Shown here: positions 25,084 to 35,127 of the stretch, piece by piece
Layout: each line of letters starts with the position of its first letter
How positions within the stretch are numbered: position 1 is the stretch's first letter
Assembly: GCA_964647695.1 (NCBI GenBank)
Contig: CAZYIS010000001.1
Span: 48,275-112,274, forward strand
Source: Candidatus Woesearchaeota archaeon
GTDB lineage: Archaea > Nanobdellota > Nanobdellia > Pacearchaeales > GW2011-AR1
DNA: 64,000 nucleotides
Reading direction: 5' to 3'
The notes under the pieces: model-generated
Seen by the model: only the letters and a program-made list of their open reading frames with translations
The model's database searches: none
What the model was told of the DNA's origin: nothing
Position numbers and translations under genes: made by a program

Positions 25084-26763
25084 ATGAAAGACCTTATAGT
25101 AAAAGAGTTAGCAAAACATGTTAATCTAGATAAACAAATTATCCTAAATTCCATTGAAATTCCTCCTTCTTCAGAGCTAGGAGACTTTTCCTTTCCCTGT
25201 TTTGCACTTTCAAAAGAGTTAAAGAAGAATCCTATGGAAATTTCCAAAGAATTAGCTAATAAAATTAAATCTGGTGAATTTGAAAAAGTTGAAGCCAAAG
25301 GCCCCTATGTTAATTTCTTCCTAAATAAAAAAGACCTAGCTGAAAAAACTCTTAAATCAATTTTAAAAGAGAAAGCTAAATATGGTTCTTCAAAATCTGG
25401 AAAAGGAAAGAAAGTGATGATTGAATTTTCCCAAGCCAATACCCACAAAGCATTTCACGTAGGCCATATCCGAGGTACCAGTTTGGGAGAAAGTATTGCT
25501 AGACTAATGGAATTCAATAGTACAAAAGTCATCAGGGCTAATTATCAGGGCGATACTGGAATGCACGTAGCTAAATGGCTTTGGTGTTATAAAAAATATC
25601 ATTCAAATGAAAAACTCAAAGAAGATGAATCCTGGATTGCATCCATTTATGTCGAAGCTTCAAGAAAATTAGCTGAAAATCCATTACTCCAAGATGAAGT
25701 CAATGTTATAAATCAGCAACTCGAACTAGGAAAAGATAAACCATTAATGAAACTTTGGAAAGAATCCAGAAGCTATTGTCTCAAAGCTTTTGAAAACATA
25801 TACTCCGAATTAAATACTCATTTTGATAAATATTATTTTGAAAGAGAATTTGAAATTTTAGGAAAGGAAATTGCTCTTGATTTAGTAACAAAAGGAATTG
25901 CAAAGATTTCGGATGACGCAACCATAATGAATCTAGAGGAAGATGGATTAAGCGTTTGGGTACTATTAAGAAAAGACGGAACTGTTCTTTATTCTTCTAA
26001 AGATCTAGCTCTTGCAGAAAAAAAGTTCAAAGATTTCAAATTAGATCAAAGTATTAATATTGTGGCTGATGAACAGAACCTCCATTTTAAGCAATTATTT
26101 AGAACTCTTGAATTGAAAGGTTTTAAAGATGTTAAAAAGTGTAAGCACATACCTTTTGGTTTGGTAAGACTACCTACTGGAAAAATGTCTTCTAGAACTG
26201 GAGAAAACATACTTTATTCCAGTTTTCTAGACGAACTAAAAGAATTTGTTAAAATTGAAATAACTAAGAGAGAAAAATTAAAAGAAAAAGAATTGGAACA
26301 GCGAGCACTAGCTATTGCAATTTCTTCATTAAAATATTCCATGCTTAAACAAAGTTCCAATAACATAATAATCTTCAATAAAGAAGAAGCCCTCGATTTG
26401 AATGGAAATACTGGACCCTACCTACTTTATTCCTATGCTCGAGCAAAAAACATTCTTAAGAAAGCAAAATATAAATCTTCTTCAAAGTTAAACATAAAAT
26501 CTCTTTCGGCCAAGGAAAAAGAACTAATAATTAAAATGCAACAATTTCCAGAAGTAGTAAATCATGCACATACTAATCTATCTCCAAATCTAATCGCTAA
26601 TTATTCATTTGAATTAGCCCAGTTATTTAACGAATTCTATCAATCGGAACAAGTAATTGGCTCCGAAAACGAATCAGTAAAGTTAGTCATTGTTGACTCA
26701 TTTGCCCAGGTTCTAAAGAATGCACTTAATCTTCTGGGCATTGAAACCCTTGAAAGAATGTAA
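25084..26763 (+). CDS. argS: Arginyl-tRNA synthetase
   Basis: IEFSQANTHKAFHVGHIR (HIGH), KMSSRTG, GNTGPYLLYSYAR and C-terminal LERM. Confidence 0.97.
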   Translation: MKDLIVKELAKHVNLDKQIILNSIEIPPSSELGDFSFPCFALSKELKKNPMEISKELANKIKSGEFEKVEAKGPYVNFFLNKKDLAEKTLKSILKEKAKYGSSKSGKGKKVMIEFSQANTHKAFHVGHIRGTSLGESIARLMEFNSTKVIRANYQGDTGMHVAKWLWCYKKYHSNEKLKEDESWIASIYVEASRKLAENPLLQDEVNVINQQLELGKDKPLMKLWKESRSYCLKAFENIYSELNTHFDKYYFEREFEILGKEIALDLVTKGIAKISDDATIMNLEEDGLSVWVLLRKDGTVLYSSKDLALAEKKFKDFKLDQSINIVADEQNLHFKQLFRTLELKGFKDVKKCKHIPFGLVRLPTGKMSSRTGENILYSSFLDELKEFVKIEITKREKLKEKELEQRALAIAISSLKYSMLKQSSNNIIIFNKEEALDLNGNTGPYLLYSYARAKNILKKAKYKSSSKLNIKSLSAKEKELIIKMQQFPEVVNHAHTNLSPNLIANYSFELAQLFNEFYQSEQVIGSENESVKLVIVDSFAQVLKNALNLLGIETLERM

Positions 26764-26810
26764 TCCTTCTATACAGAAATCCTTAAATATGCTCTAGAAA
26801 TTGAAAATAT

Positions 26811-26972
26811 ATGGATTTAATGATATTAACCCTTAGTAGTTTTGCCCTAATTTTTATTCTATGTTTATTAATTCTATTGCTATTGGTAAAAACCATGAAT
26901 ACTAAGTTAAGAAGAAAGGCAGATATGGATCAAATAAAGAACCATGTTTCCGGCAAGAAACATCATATTTAA
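26811..26972 (+). CDS. Small single-TM protein (53 aa, not in track)
   Basis: MDLMILTLSSFALIFILCLLILLLLVKTMNTKLRRK...; TATA CTTAAATA upstream. Confidence 0.55.
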   Translation: MDLMILTLSSFALIFILCLLILLLLVKTMNTKLRRKADMDQIKNHVSGKKHHI

Positions 26973-26995
26973 AAACATCTTCTAGTTTCAAATTA

Positions 26996-27251
26996 GGTAG
27001 ACAACCTGGCGTGCTAGCCCTTCGCCATTCATCAGCGGGCTTTAGGTGGGGTCAAAGGAGCGAGTGAAATTGAAAGCTATGGGCCTTCAATCGGACGTTG
27101 ACGTATTGTCCTGTTCGATCTTGCTTCTGCGAAATGGGTCAGGCCTTGATCGGAGCAGCCCTAAACAGGACGCGTGGTGCTTACAGGGTAACAATGCCGA
27201 GAAAGATTGGAGATCACCTCTATTTTTCATTTGAGCAAACTCCCCGTCTAC
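26996..27251 (+). ncRNA. ffs: Signal recognition particle (7S) RNA
   Basis: GC-rich island after TTTAAAAA. Ends pair (GTAGAC/GTCTAC). Helix 5 shows GTCCTGTT/AACAGGAC and AGGTG/CACCT. The SRP54-binding helix 8 signature TCAGG...GGAGCAG is present. Confidence 0.88.
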
Positions 27252-27286
27252 ATAATATATAAAAACCTGTTTCTATTCTTTTTATC

Positions 27287-27769
27287 ATGAACAAAAGAGC
27301 TCAATTTTTTTTAGTTGCTGCTTTAATTATTATCATTATACTCTTCAGCATAGTTACTGTATATAACTCAGTTTACTCTCCAAAATCTGATCTGCCTAAT
27401 CTTCAAAATTTAGCAGATTCAATAAAGGAAGAATCCGTTCAAATTATTGATAGTGGATTTTTTAATAATCTCCCTCAAACTAATATTACCGACAATCTAA
27501 ATAATCTTACTCTAGCCTATTCAAGATCTAACTCAGATTTGAACATTACCTATTTAACCTACTACAATGGAACCTCTTCAGCAAATACTTTTTCCAATAA
27601 TAATATTTATCTAATAAATTCAAGTGATATTTATCTAGATCCTTTAAAATCAAATATTACTCTAGATTTAAATAATGCAAATCATGTATTTAATCTATCC
27701 AAAGGATACAATATATTCATTGTAGTCCAAAAAGAAAATAACTATGAGAAGTATATCGCCACAGCATAA
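27287..27769 (+). CDS. Class III signal peptide (pilin-like) protein
   Basis: MNKRAQ followed by the hydrophobic helix FFLVAALIII. Confidence 0.7.
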   Translation: MNKRAQFFLVAALIIIIILFSIVTVYNSVYSPKSDLPNLQNLADSIKEESVQIIDSGFFNNLPQTNITDNLNNLTLAYSRSNSDLNITYLTYYNGTSSANTFSNNNIYLINSSDIYLDPLKSNITLDLNNANHVFNLSKGYNIFIVVQKENNYEKYIATA

Positions 27770-28241
27770 AAAAGGAGTAAGTGAACTAATAAGCTATACG
27801 CTTTTAATAATTTTAGCCGTAGCAGCCAGCGTTCTAGTTTACAATTATCTTAAACTTACGGTTCCAAAAGACAAACCTACCTGCCCGGATGGTTCATCTT
27901 TGATAATGAGCAATTATAATTGCACCTTCGCTGCTTCATCCCTATCCATTACCCTACTAAATAAAGGCAGATTTACCATAGATGCAGCCTATCTCAGAAT
28001 AGGTAAAGTCAATGATTCCGCAAGAAAAGCAATAAATAAAAATAATGAATTTTTAACAGCCGGAGGATCTGCCGGACTTAAACCCAATGACGAACAGTCC
28101 TATGTTTATTCATTTAGTAATACTATCCTTTCTCTAGGAGCATCAAACTATTCCTTAGAAATTCAACCAGCCATGATCGATGATGCTACCCATAAATTAG
28201 CTGCCTGTACGCCTTTCGTTCAAACCATTACTTGTAACTAA
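27744..28241 (+). CDS. Archaeal type IV pilin-like protein
   Basis: KKG|VSELISYTLLIILAV prepilin motif. Confidence 0.82.
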   Translation: MRSISPQHKKGVSELISYTLLIILAVAASVLVYNYLKLTVPKDKPTCPDGSSLIMSNYNCTFAASSLSITLLNKGRFTIDAAYLRIGKVNDSARKAINKNNEFLTAGGSAGLKPNDEQSYVYSFSNTILSLGASNYSLEIQPAMIDDATHKLAACTPFVQTITCN

Positions 28242-28342
28242 TAATCTATTAAATATAACGGTCTCTATTCCACAATAATCTATTAAATAGACTATCCTTT
28301 CTTTACAATAATCTATTTATAATCTGGATTTGCTAAAATTTT

Positions 28343-29491
28343 ATGAAGTTTGCACATATGGGTGATTGTCATTTAGGGGGTTGGAGACAGCCGGAGCTAA
28401 AGGACCTAAATTTTGCAAGTTTTCAACTGGCCATAAATAAATGTATAAAAGAGAAGGTAGAGTTTGTTCTGATAACTGGAGATTTTTTTGACAATCCCTA
28501 TCCACCCATAGAGACATTGAAAGATGCATTTTCAGAACTGAAGAAATTAAAAGATCTAAACATACCTGTTTTCTATATAGCTGGAAGTCATGACTACTCT
28601 GCTTCTGGAAAAACATTTTTAGATGTACTAGAAAAAGCAGATTTTTGCAGAAATGTAATGAATCATGAAGAAAGAAATGGAAAATTAATTCTAATTCCTA
28701 CCATATACAAAAATGTGGCCATCTATGGCTTTCCTGGTAAAAGGTCATCCATGGAAGTTGATGACATAGAGAATATGATTCTCCAGGATTCTCCCGGTCT
28801 ATTTAAAATATTGATGCTTCATACTGCACTGAGAGATGCAGTTGGAACTTTACCCATAAAAGCAGTAGATCATCTTAAACTTCCAAAAGTAGATTATCTT
28901 GCCCTGTCTCATCTTCATATAAACTATAGTAAGGATGGACGAGTCTATTCGGGGCCCATCTTTCCTAATAATATTTCTGAATTAGAAGATCTACAGGAAG
29001 GTTCATTCTATATTTTCGATAATGGAAAAATCAACCGGATTGCTCTTAAACCCAAAGAGATAAAAGTTTTCAATCTAGAAGTAAAAAATGCCCTCTCAGC
29101 TACCGATGAAATAATTCAAAAATTATCGGGAGAATCATTGAATGATAAGGTAGTAATTCTAAAATTCTTTGGTTTAATAGAACAAGGTAAAACCTCAGAT
29201 ATAGACTTTAGTAAAATTGATGAATTTATTAAGAAAAAAGGAGCATTTGTAGTTCTAAGAAGCACCACCAGGTTACTAAGTGAAGAACAGAATGTTAAAT
29301 TAGATATTCTAGAATCTGAAAATTACGAAGAAGAAATAATAAACACTTTTGAAAAAAACAATCCCAATAAATTTAATCCTTTGATTAATAATCTAATAAA
29401 ATCTCTTCAGATAGAAAAAAATGAAGATGAAAAATCAGCCTCTTTTGAAGAACGTATAATCTCCGAATCCATGAAAATAATAAAACCATGA
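28343..29491 (+). CDS. mre11: DNA double-strand break repair nuclease Mre11
   Basis: HMGDCHLG, TGDFFD, AGSHD and LSHLH; overlaps the rad50 start. Confidence 0.92.
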   Translation: MKFAHMGDCHLGGWRQPELKDLNFASFQLAINKCIKEKVEFVLITGDFFDNPYPPIETLKDAFSELKKLKDLNIPVFYIAGSHDYSASGKTFLDVLEKADFCRNVMNHEERNGKLILIPTIYKNVAIYGFPGKRSSMEVDDIENMILQDSPGLFKILMLHTALRDAVGTLPIKAVDHLKLPKVDYLALSHLHINYSKDGRVYSGPIFPNNISELEDLQEGSFYIFDNGKINRIALKPKEIKVFNLEVKNALSATDEIIQKLSGESLNDKVVILKFFGLIEQGKTSDIDFSKIDEFIKKKGAFVVLRSTTRLLSEEQNVKLDILESENYEEEIINTFEKNNPNKFNPLINNLIKSLQIEKNEDEKSASFEERIISESMKIIKP

Positions 29492-31542
29492 AAATAAAAA
29501 AATTAATAATAAAAAACATAAGAAGCTATGAGGATCAAGAAATAGATTTTCCAGATGGATCTTTACTCCTATCCGGGGATGTGGGTTCGGGTAAAACTTC
29601 CATTCTTCTAGCCATAGAATATGCGCTATTTGGTCTTCAGCCAGGCCAGACAGGCTCAGCACTTTTAAGAAATAATACTCAAAACGGAGGAGTTAGTTTA
29701 GAAATTGAATTAGATGGTTCAACCATTCTCATCGAAAGAAAATTAAAAAAAGGTAAAACCGTAACCAATGAATATTCTGCACTCACCATAGACGGAATAA
29801 AAACCGAATATGCCATAACCGAATTAAAAACTAGAATAATTCAGTTGCTGGGCTATCCTTCCGAGTTCATAAAGAAAAATAATTTGCTCTATAAGTACAC
29901 AGTCTATACTCCCCAGGAACAAATGAAACAAATAATTTCTGAAGATCCGGAAATCAGATTAAACATGCTGAGACACATATTCGGTGTTGAGAAATATAAA
30001 CGAATAAGAGAAAATCTTGTCGTTCTATTAAATAGATTAAAAGATGAATCAAAATTATTACAGCTGGAAATCAGTGCCGTAGATTCGGACAAAATTAGAT
30101 TAACTTCGACCAGAAGCTTCATTACTCTTCTGGGGGAAAAAATAGTTTCCCAGGATCATTTGATAGATGGATTAAAGGTAACTCGAAAGTCCATAGAAGC
30201 AGAAGTAGTTGAGTTGGAAAAGAAAATAAAGGAAAAAGAGAAATTAGAAATAGAATTAGAAAAGACCAAGGTGCTCTATTCTTCTAAAAGAGAAAATCTT
30301 TCAGACATGGATAGGGAACATATAGAATTAGAATCCTTCATTCAAAGCATTCCTTCCGATTTCAATGAGAATGAACTTTTAGAAACCATTGATAAGATAG
30401 CTAAGAACAATAAGGACTTGGATACAACCCAATCAAGTTTTATAGACTGTTTAAGTCATATTAATTCTCTTAAACAAAGAAAAACCGAAGCTCTAGCAAA
30501 AAAAGAAAGAGTTTTCAAAATAGATATGTGCCCTACTTGTTTACAGGATGTGCCTCCTGCCCACAAACACAACATATTCAACGAAACTGAGCAGCTAATT
30601 TCAGCCATTTCAAAGGAAATAGAAAATTTCGAAGCTCGAAAAGTAATTCTAACAAATCAACTGGATATTATAAAGGATAAAAAGCAAGACCTAGAAGAAA
30701 AAAAGATGAGACTACAGATTCTAAAATCAAAACTCCCAGAGATTGAAAGGGCCAAGAGTAAAATTTCTATTATTCTAAAAACCAAAGAAAATCTAAAAAA
30801 TGATGTTTTACTTTTATTAAAGCACATGGATGGATTGAAAGAATCCATACTAGCTTTTACCAGATTCAATACTCAGTATAAGACAAAACAACAGGAACTT
30901 AGAGATGCATTTCTAAATGAAAAAAACGCTGAAATCTCCCTTGCCGAGCTAAAGAAAGAGTTGGAAATAACCAATAAGGAAATATTACTGTTGGAAGATA
31001 CCATAAAACAAAAAGAAGGTAAGAAAGAAAAGTTAAATGAAATACTCGAGCTTAGCGATTGGCTATCCAATCAATTCATTGCTTTGATTAATTTCACCGA
31101 AAGAAATGTTATGCTTAAGCTCCGTACCGAGTTTTCAAAACTTTTCAGCAAATGGTTTTCAATTTTAGTCCAGGATATATTCGAAGTCCAGTTGGATGAA
31201 AACTTTACACCCATAATCATGCAATCAGGCATAGAAATGGACTACTCATTCCTTTCCGGCGGAGAAAGAACCGCTGTAGCCTTAGCCTATCGTCTAGCAC
31301 TAAATCAAACCATTGGAACCGTCATGACTTCCATCAAGACTAAAAATCTAATTATACTCGATGAACCTACCGAAGGATTCTCTGAAGTTCAAATAGATAA
31401 AATGAGAGAAATATTAATAGAATTAAAAGCAAAACAACTCATAATAGTCAGTCATGAACAAAAAATGGATAGTTTTGTCGACAACATAATAAAAATAAAG
31501 AAAGAAGACGGAATTTCTAAGGTTGAAGTCAAATCAAATTAA
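29488..31542 (+). CDS. rad50: Rad50 SMC-like ATPase
   Basis: GDVGSGKTS, Zn-hook CPTC, signature LSGGE, Walker B LDEPT and SH. Confidence 0.93.
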   Translation: MKIKKLIIKNIRSYEDQEIDFPDGSLLLSGDVGSGKTSILLAIEYALFGLQPGQTGSALLRNNTQNGGVSLEIELDGSTILIERKLKKGKTVTNEYSALTIDGIKTEYAITELKTRIIQLLGYPSEFIKKNNLLYKYTVYTPQEQMKQIISEDPEIRLNMLRHIFGVEKYKRIRENLVVLLNRLKDESKLLQLEISAVDSDKIRLTSTRSFITLLGEKIVSQDHLIDGLKVTRKSIEAEVVELEKKIKEKEKLEIELEKTKVLYSSKRENLSDMDREHIELESFIQSIPSDFNENELLETIDKIAKNNKDLDTTQSSFIDCLSHINSLKQRKTEALAKKERVFKIDMCPTCLQDVPPAHKHNIFNETEQLISAISKEIENFEARKVILTNQLDIIKDKKQDLEEKKMRLQILKSKLPEIERAKSKISIILKTKENLKNDVLLLLKHMDGLKESILAFTRFNTQYKTKQQELRDAFLNEKNAEISLAELKKELEITNKEILLLEDTIKQKEGKKEKLNEILELSDWLSNQFIALINFTERNVMLKLRTEFSKLFSKWFSILVQDIFEVQLDENFTPIIMQSGIEMDYSFLSGGERTAVALAYRLALNQTIGTVMTSIKTKNLIILDEPTEGFSEVQIDKMREILIELKAKQLIIVSHEQKMDSFVDNIIKIKKEDGISKVEVKSN

Positions 31543-31612
31543 TGGAAGTTGACACCACAAAACTTAAATACCTCTCTTTTCTAAAAATAATATAAGAGGT
31601 TCTAACGTTCTC

Positions 31613-32278
31613 ATGAATGAAGATATACAAAACACAATTAAGAATAACATGCTAAAGTCAAACACTTCCCTAGTTGGAATAGTTTGCAAAGACGGAGTTG
31701 TACTAGGTGCCGACAGAAGAGGAACTGCTGGATCCATTGTCATGTCCAAAGATCATGTAAAGATCCATAAAGTTAGCGAATACATTGCCGCATCCTACAC
31801 GGGCGGAGTTGCAGATTTACTTCTCACTGATAAAATACTTGCTGCAGAATTAAGATTAAAAGAATTAAAGACCAAATCTCGCCCTTCAGTTTCCGAAGCA
31901 GCAAATCTTCTAGGAACTTTAACCTATAGAAACATAAGAAATCCTTCCATGATTCCAAGCATTGTCGGAACTCTAATAGCAGGAGTTGACGAAGATGGCA
32001 CTACTTCATTATATTCCATTGAACCTGCTGGAGCTGCAACCAAGGTAACTGATTTTGATGCAAACTTCTCTTCTGGAATGCCCTATATTTTAGGTCTTTT
32101 GGAAAGACAATATAAAAAAGATTTATCAGTTAAAGAAGGAGTTGAACTGGCAAAAGAATGTATAAAAGCATCAACCCAAAGAGATGTAGGTTCTGGAAAT
32201 GGAATAGATGTATTTACAATTACCAAAGAAGGCATTAAACATGTGGTTTCTGAGGAAATTGTACCCCAGTACAAATAA
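31613..32278 (+). CDS. psmB: Proteasome beta subunit
   Basis: TSLVGIVCKDGVVLGADRR, KIHKV, GGVAD and RDVGSG. Confidence 0.93.
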   Translation: MNEDIQNTIKNNMLKSNTSLVGIVCKDGVVLGADRRGTAGSIVMSKDHVKIHKVSEYIAASYTGGVADLLLTDKILAAELRLKELKTKSRPSVSEAANLLGTLTYRNIRNPSMIPSIVGTLIAGVDEDGTTSLYSIEPAGAATKVTDFDANFSSGMPYILGLLERQYKKDLSVKEGVELAKECIKASTQRDVGSGNGIDVFTITKEGIKHVVSEEIVPQYK

Positions 32279-32299
32279 TTTTTTTATTTAAAAAACAAA

Positions 32300-34192
32300 A
32301 TGGCAGATATCTTAAAGAACATAAAGGAAGAATTACCTGGAGTTGTATCAGACGCAGTCTTCGAAGGAGCAAATATAGTTCTCTATACTGAAGATAAAGA
32401 ATTTTTCAAAACCGGAGAATCAAAAGTTAAAGCTGTTGTAGATAAAATAAAAAAGAGAATAGAACTAAGAGCTGAACAAGCAATTCTTCTTTCCGAAGCA
32501 GAAACTGAAAAAACCATTCGTGCATTGGTTCCTGAAGATGCTGGAATTACTGCAGTTATTTTCGATGTTCAAAGATCTTCCGTAGTTATAGAAGCAAAAA
32601 AACCGGGACTAGTTATTGGAAAACAAGGTTCAATTTTATTTGACATTAGAAAATCCACTTTTTGGGTTCCAAGTGTAAGAAGAAGTCCAATCATCGCAAG
32701 TAAGATTACTGAAAAAATTCGTTCAGTTCTCTATGCCAATAACACCTATAGAAGAAAATTCCTTAATGATATAGGAAAAAAGATTTACAACGAATGGAAT
32801 CCAGATAAAATGGACATGTGGGTAAGATTAACTTACCTGGGCAGCGGTCGACAAGTAGGTCGTTCATGTTTATTGCTTCAAACACCAAATTCAAAAGTTT
32901 TGCTTGATTGTGGAATAAATCCTGCCATCGCCGATGGTCCTGAAAAATTCCCTTACCTAAATGTTTCTGAAGTTGGAGATTTAAATTCCATCGATGCCAT
33001 TATTCTATCCCACGCACACCTAGATCACTCGGGACTAATTCCTTATTTGTATAAAATGGGTTATAGGGGACCAATCTACATGACCGAACCTACTAGAGAT
33101 ATTTCTGCACTTTCTGCCCTTGATTTTGTAGGTATTGCCTATAAGCAAGCAGCATCTCCATTATTCAGAGGAGAAGACGTAAAAGAAATGGTAAGACATT
33201 CCATTTGTTTAGATTACGGAGAAGTCACTGATATAACTCCAGACATTAGAATTACTTTATACAATGCAGGACACGTACTTGGTTCAGCTCAAGTTCATAT
33301 AAATATTGGAAATGGATTACATAATTTAGTTTACGGAGCAGACACGAAATATGGAAAGACTCGTTTGCTTGATCCTGCCGCAAATCATTTCCCTAGAGTT
33401 GAAACTCTTACCATTGAATCTACCTATGGTAGCAAAGATGATATTCTTCCTCCAAGAAAAGAAACCGAAGATAAATTTATTGAAATGGCAAAAAAAGTTA
33501 TTGAAAGAAATGGAAAAGTTTTACTTCCCGAACTAGGTCTTGGTCACGCTCAAGAAACATTACTTAGAGTAGAAGAAGCAGTGCGTCTAGGTGAACTACC
33601 TAAAATACCAGTATACATAGACGGTATGATCTGGGATATTACTGCGATTCACACTGCCTATCCTGACTTTTTATCTGCAAGTGTTAGAAATCAAATCTAC
33701 CAAGATAATAATCCATTCGCATCCGAATTATTTACTCGTGTAGGTTCTCCTATTGAAAGAAAAGCAGTAATTGAAGGCGGACCTTGCATAATCATCGCAA
33801 CTTCGGGAATGTTGGTCGGAGGAGCATCCGTAGAATATTTCAAAAATCTAGCATCTAATCCTAACAATATGATTGTATTTTCCTGTTACCAAGGTATTGG
33901 TTCCGTAGGAAGACAGGTTCAGGAAGGAAATAAGGAAATATACATGGGTGCTGGAGTTGAAAGTGAAAAAATAACTGTCAATATGGAAGTTGAAACTCTT
34001 AAAGGACTATCTCAACACTCCGGAAGAAACGAATTATTACAATACATAAGTAGAATGGTTCCAAAGCCAAAGAAAATTATTATTAATCACGGAGAAGTTT
34101 CAAAGTGTCTAGATCTAGCTTCAACTCTATACAAATTAAATAAAGTTGAAACCGTAGTTCCAAGAAATCTTGAAACCATAAGATTGAAATAA
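32300..34192 (+). CDS. fttA: Beta-CASP ribonuclease aCPSF1 / termination factor FttA
   Basis: N-terminal KH domains, VGRSC, SHAHLDHSG, AGHVLGS, ESTYG and HGE; follows psmB as is usual in archaea. Confidence 0.96.
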   Translation: MADILKNIKEELPGVVSDAVFEGANIVLYTEDKEFFKTGESKVKAVVDKIKKRIELRAEQAILLSEAETEKTIRALVPEDAGITAVIFDVQRSSVVIEAKKPGLVIGKQGSILFDIRKSTFWVPSVRRSPIIASKITEKIRSVLYANNTYRRKFLNDIGKKIYNEWNPDKMDMWVRLTYLGSGRQVGRSCLLLQTPNSKVLLDCGINPAIADGPEKFPYLNVSEVGDLNSIDAIILSHAHLDHSGLIPYLYKMGYRGPIYMTEPTRDISALSALDFVGIAYKQAASPLFRGEDVKEMVRHSICLDYGEVTDITPDIRITLYNAGHVLGSAQVHINIGNGLHNLVYGADTKYGKTRLLDPAANHFPRVETLTIESTYGSKDDILPPRKETEDKFIEMAKKVIERNGKVLLPELGLGHAQETLLRVEEAVRLGELPKIPVYIDGMIWDITAIHTAYPDFLSASVRNQIYQDNNPFASELFTRVGSPIERKAVIEGGPCIIIATSGMLVGGASVEYFKNLASNPNNMIVFSCYQGIGSVGRQVQEGNKEIYMGAGVESEKITVNMEVETLKGLSQHSGRNELLQYISRMVPKPKKIIINHGEVSKCLDLASTLYKLNKVETVVPRNLETIRLK

Positions 34193-34194
34193 TT

Positions 34195-35127
34195 ATGAAG
34201 CATTCCATAAAAATAACTATTGTTCTTTTAGCCATGTTTCTTCTAGCCCAATTCATCGGTCTAGCAGTAATAAACTCCTATAATCCTCATAGCATCGAAG
34301 TTAAAAATGAAAATGGAACTTTAATCAATGCAACCACCTATAATTTACCCTATGGTATGGGTCCACCAGAAGGAGTAACTCCCGAAGGTAATATTTTTTC
34401 CATCGTTATAGCTCTGATTATTGCCATTGTTGTTATGTTTCTTCTAATGAAATTCGGTGCCCAAACATTTCTAAGAGTTTGGTTCTTCGTAGTTATTATT
34501 TTGGCTCTGGCCATAACCATTAATGCTCCTTTATCCTTATTTGCTAAATATGCATCTTCCATTGCTCTTCTAATTGCTCTACCTTTAGCCTATCTAAAAG
34601 TTTTCAAAAGAAATATTCTAGTTCATAATGCTACCGAATTATTTATCTATCCTGGCATTGCAGCCATATTTGTTCCTCTACTAAACATATGGACCATAAT
34701 TATTCTATTGATTATTATTTCTCTTTATGATATGTGGGCCGTATGGCATTCTGGAGTAATGCAAAAGATGGCCAAATATCAAATAAAAACTCTAAAAATA
34801 TTCTCAGGTTTCTTCATACCCTATCTAGGAAAAAAAGAAAGAGACATGGTCAATCAAGCAAAACTTTCCAAATCAATGAAACTAAAAAATAAAAAGATTA
34901 AAGTAAACATTGCTCTTCTTGGTGGAGGAGATATAGTATTTCCCATGATTTTAGCTGGAGTTGTGCTAAGAACTCTAGATTGGCAACATGCCCTATTAAT
35001 TCCATTCGGTGCTCTTCTAGGTTTAGCCTATCTATTCTATCGCTCAGAAAAAGGTAAGTTTTATCCTGCCATGCCATTCATAACAGTAGGATGTTTTATT
35101 GCCCTTGCTATTGCCTATTTGATTTAA
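34195..35127 (+). CDS. Presenilin/signal-peptide-peptidase (A22) intramembrane aspartyl protease
   Basis: SLYDMWAV, LGGGD and PAMP motifs in a multi-TM protein. Confidence 0.9.
   Translation: MKHSIKITIVLLAMFLLAQFIGLAVINSYNPHSIEVKNENGTLINATTYNLPYGMGPPEGVTPEGNIFSIVIALIIAIVVMFLLMKFGAQTFLRVWFFVVIILALAITINAPLSLFAKYASSIALLIALPLAYLKVFKRNILVHNATELFIYPGIAAIFVPLLNIWTIIILLIIISLYDMWAVWHSGVMQKMAKYQIKTLKIFSGFFIPYLGKKERDMVNQAKLSKSMKLKNKKIKVNIALLGGGDIVFPMILAGVVLRTLDWQHALLIPFGALLGLAYLFYRSEKGKFYPAMPFITVGCFIALAIAYLI

Noticed and set aside
27046..27234. 62-aa ORF, and GATCACCTC as a 16S rRNA 3' end
   Set aside because: Both lie inside the SRP RNA, where CACCT pairs with AGGTG in helix 5; there is no rRNA context.
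29584..29594. GGTTCGGGTAA match to the dif-like arm
   Set aside because: It encodes the Rad50 Walker A (GSGK) and is a chance match.
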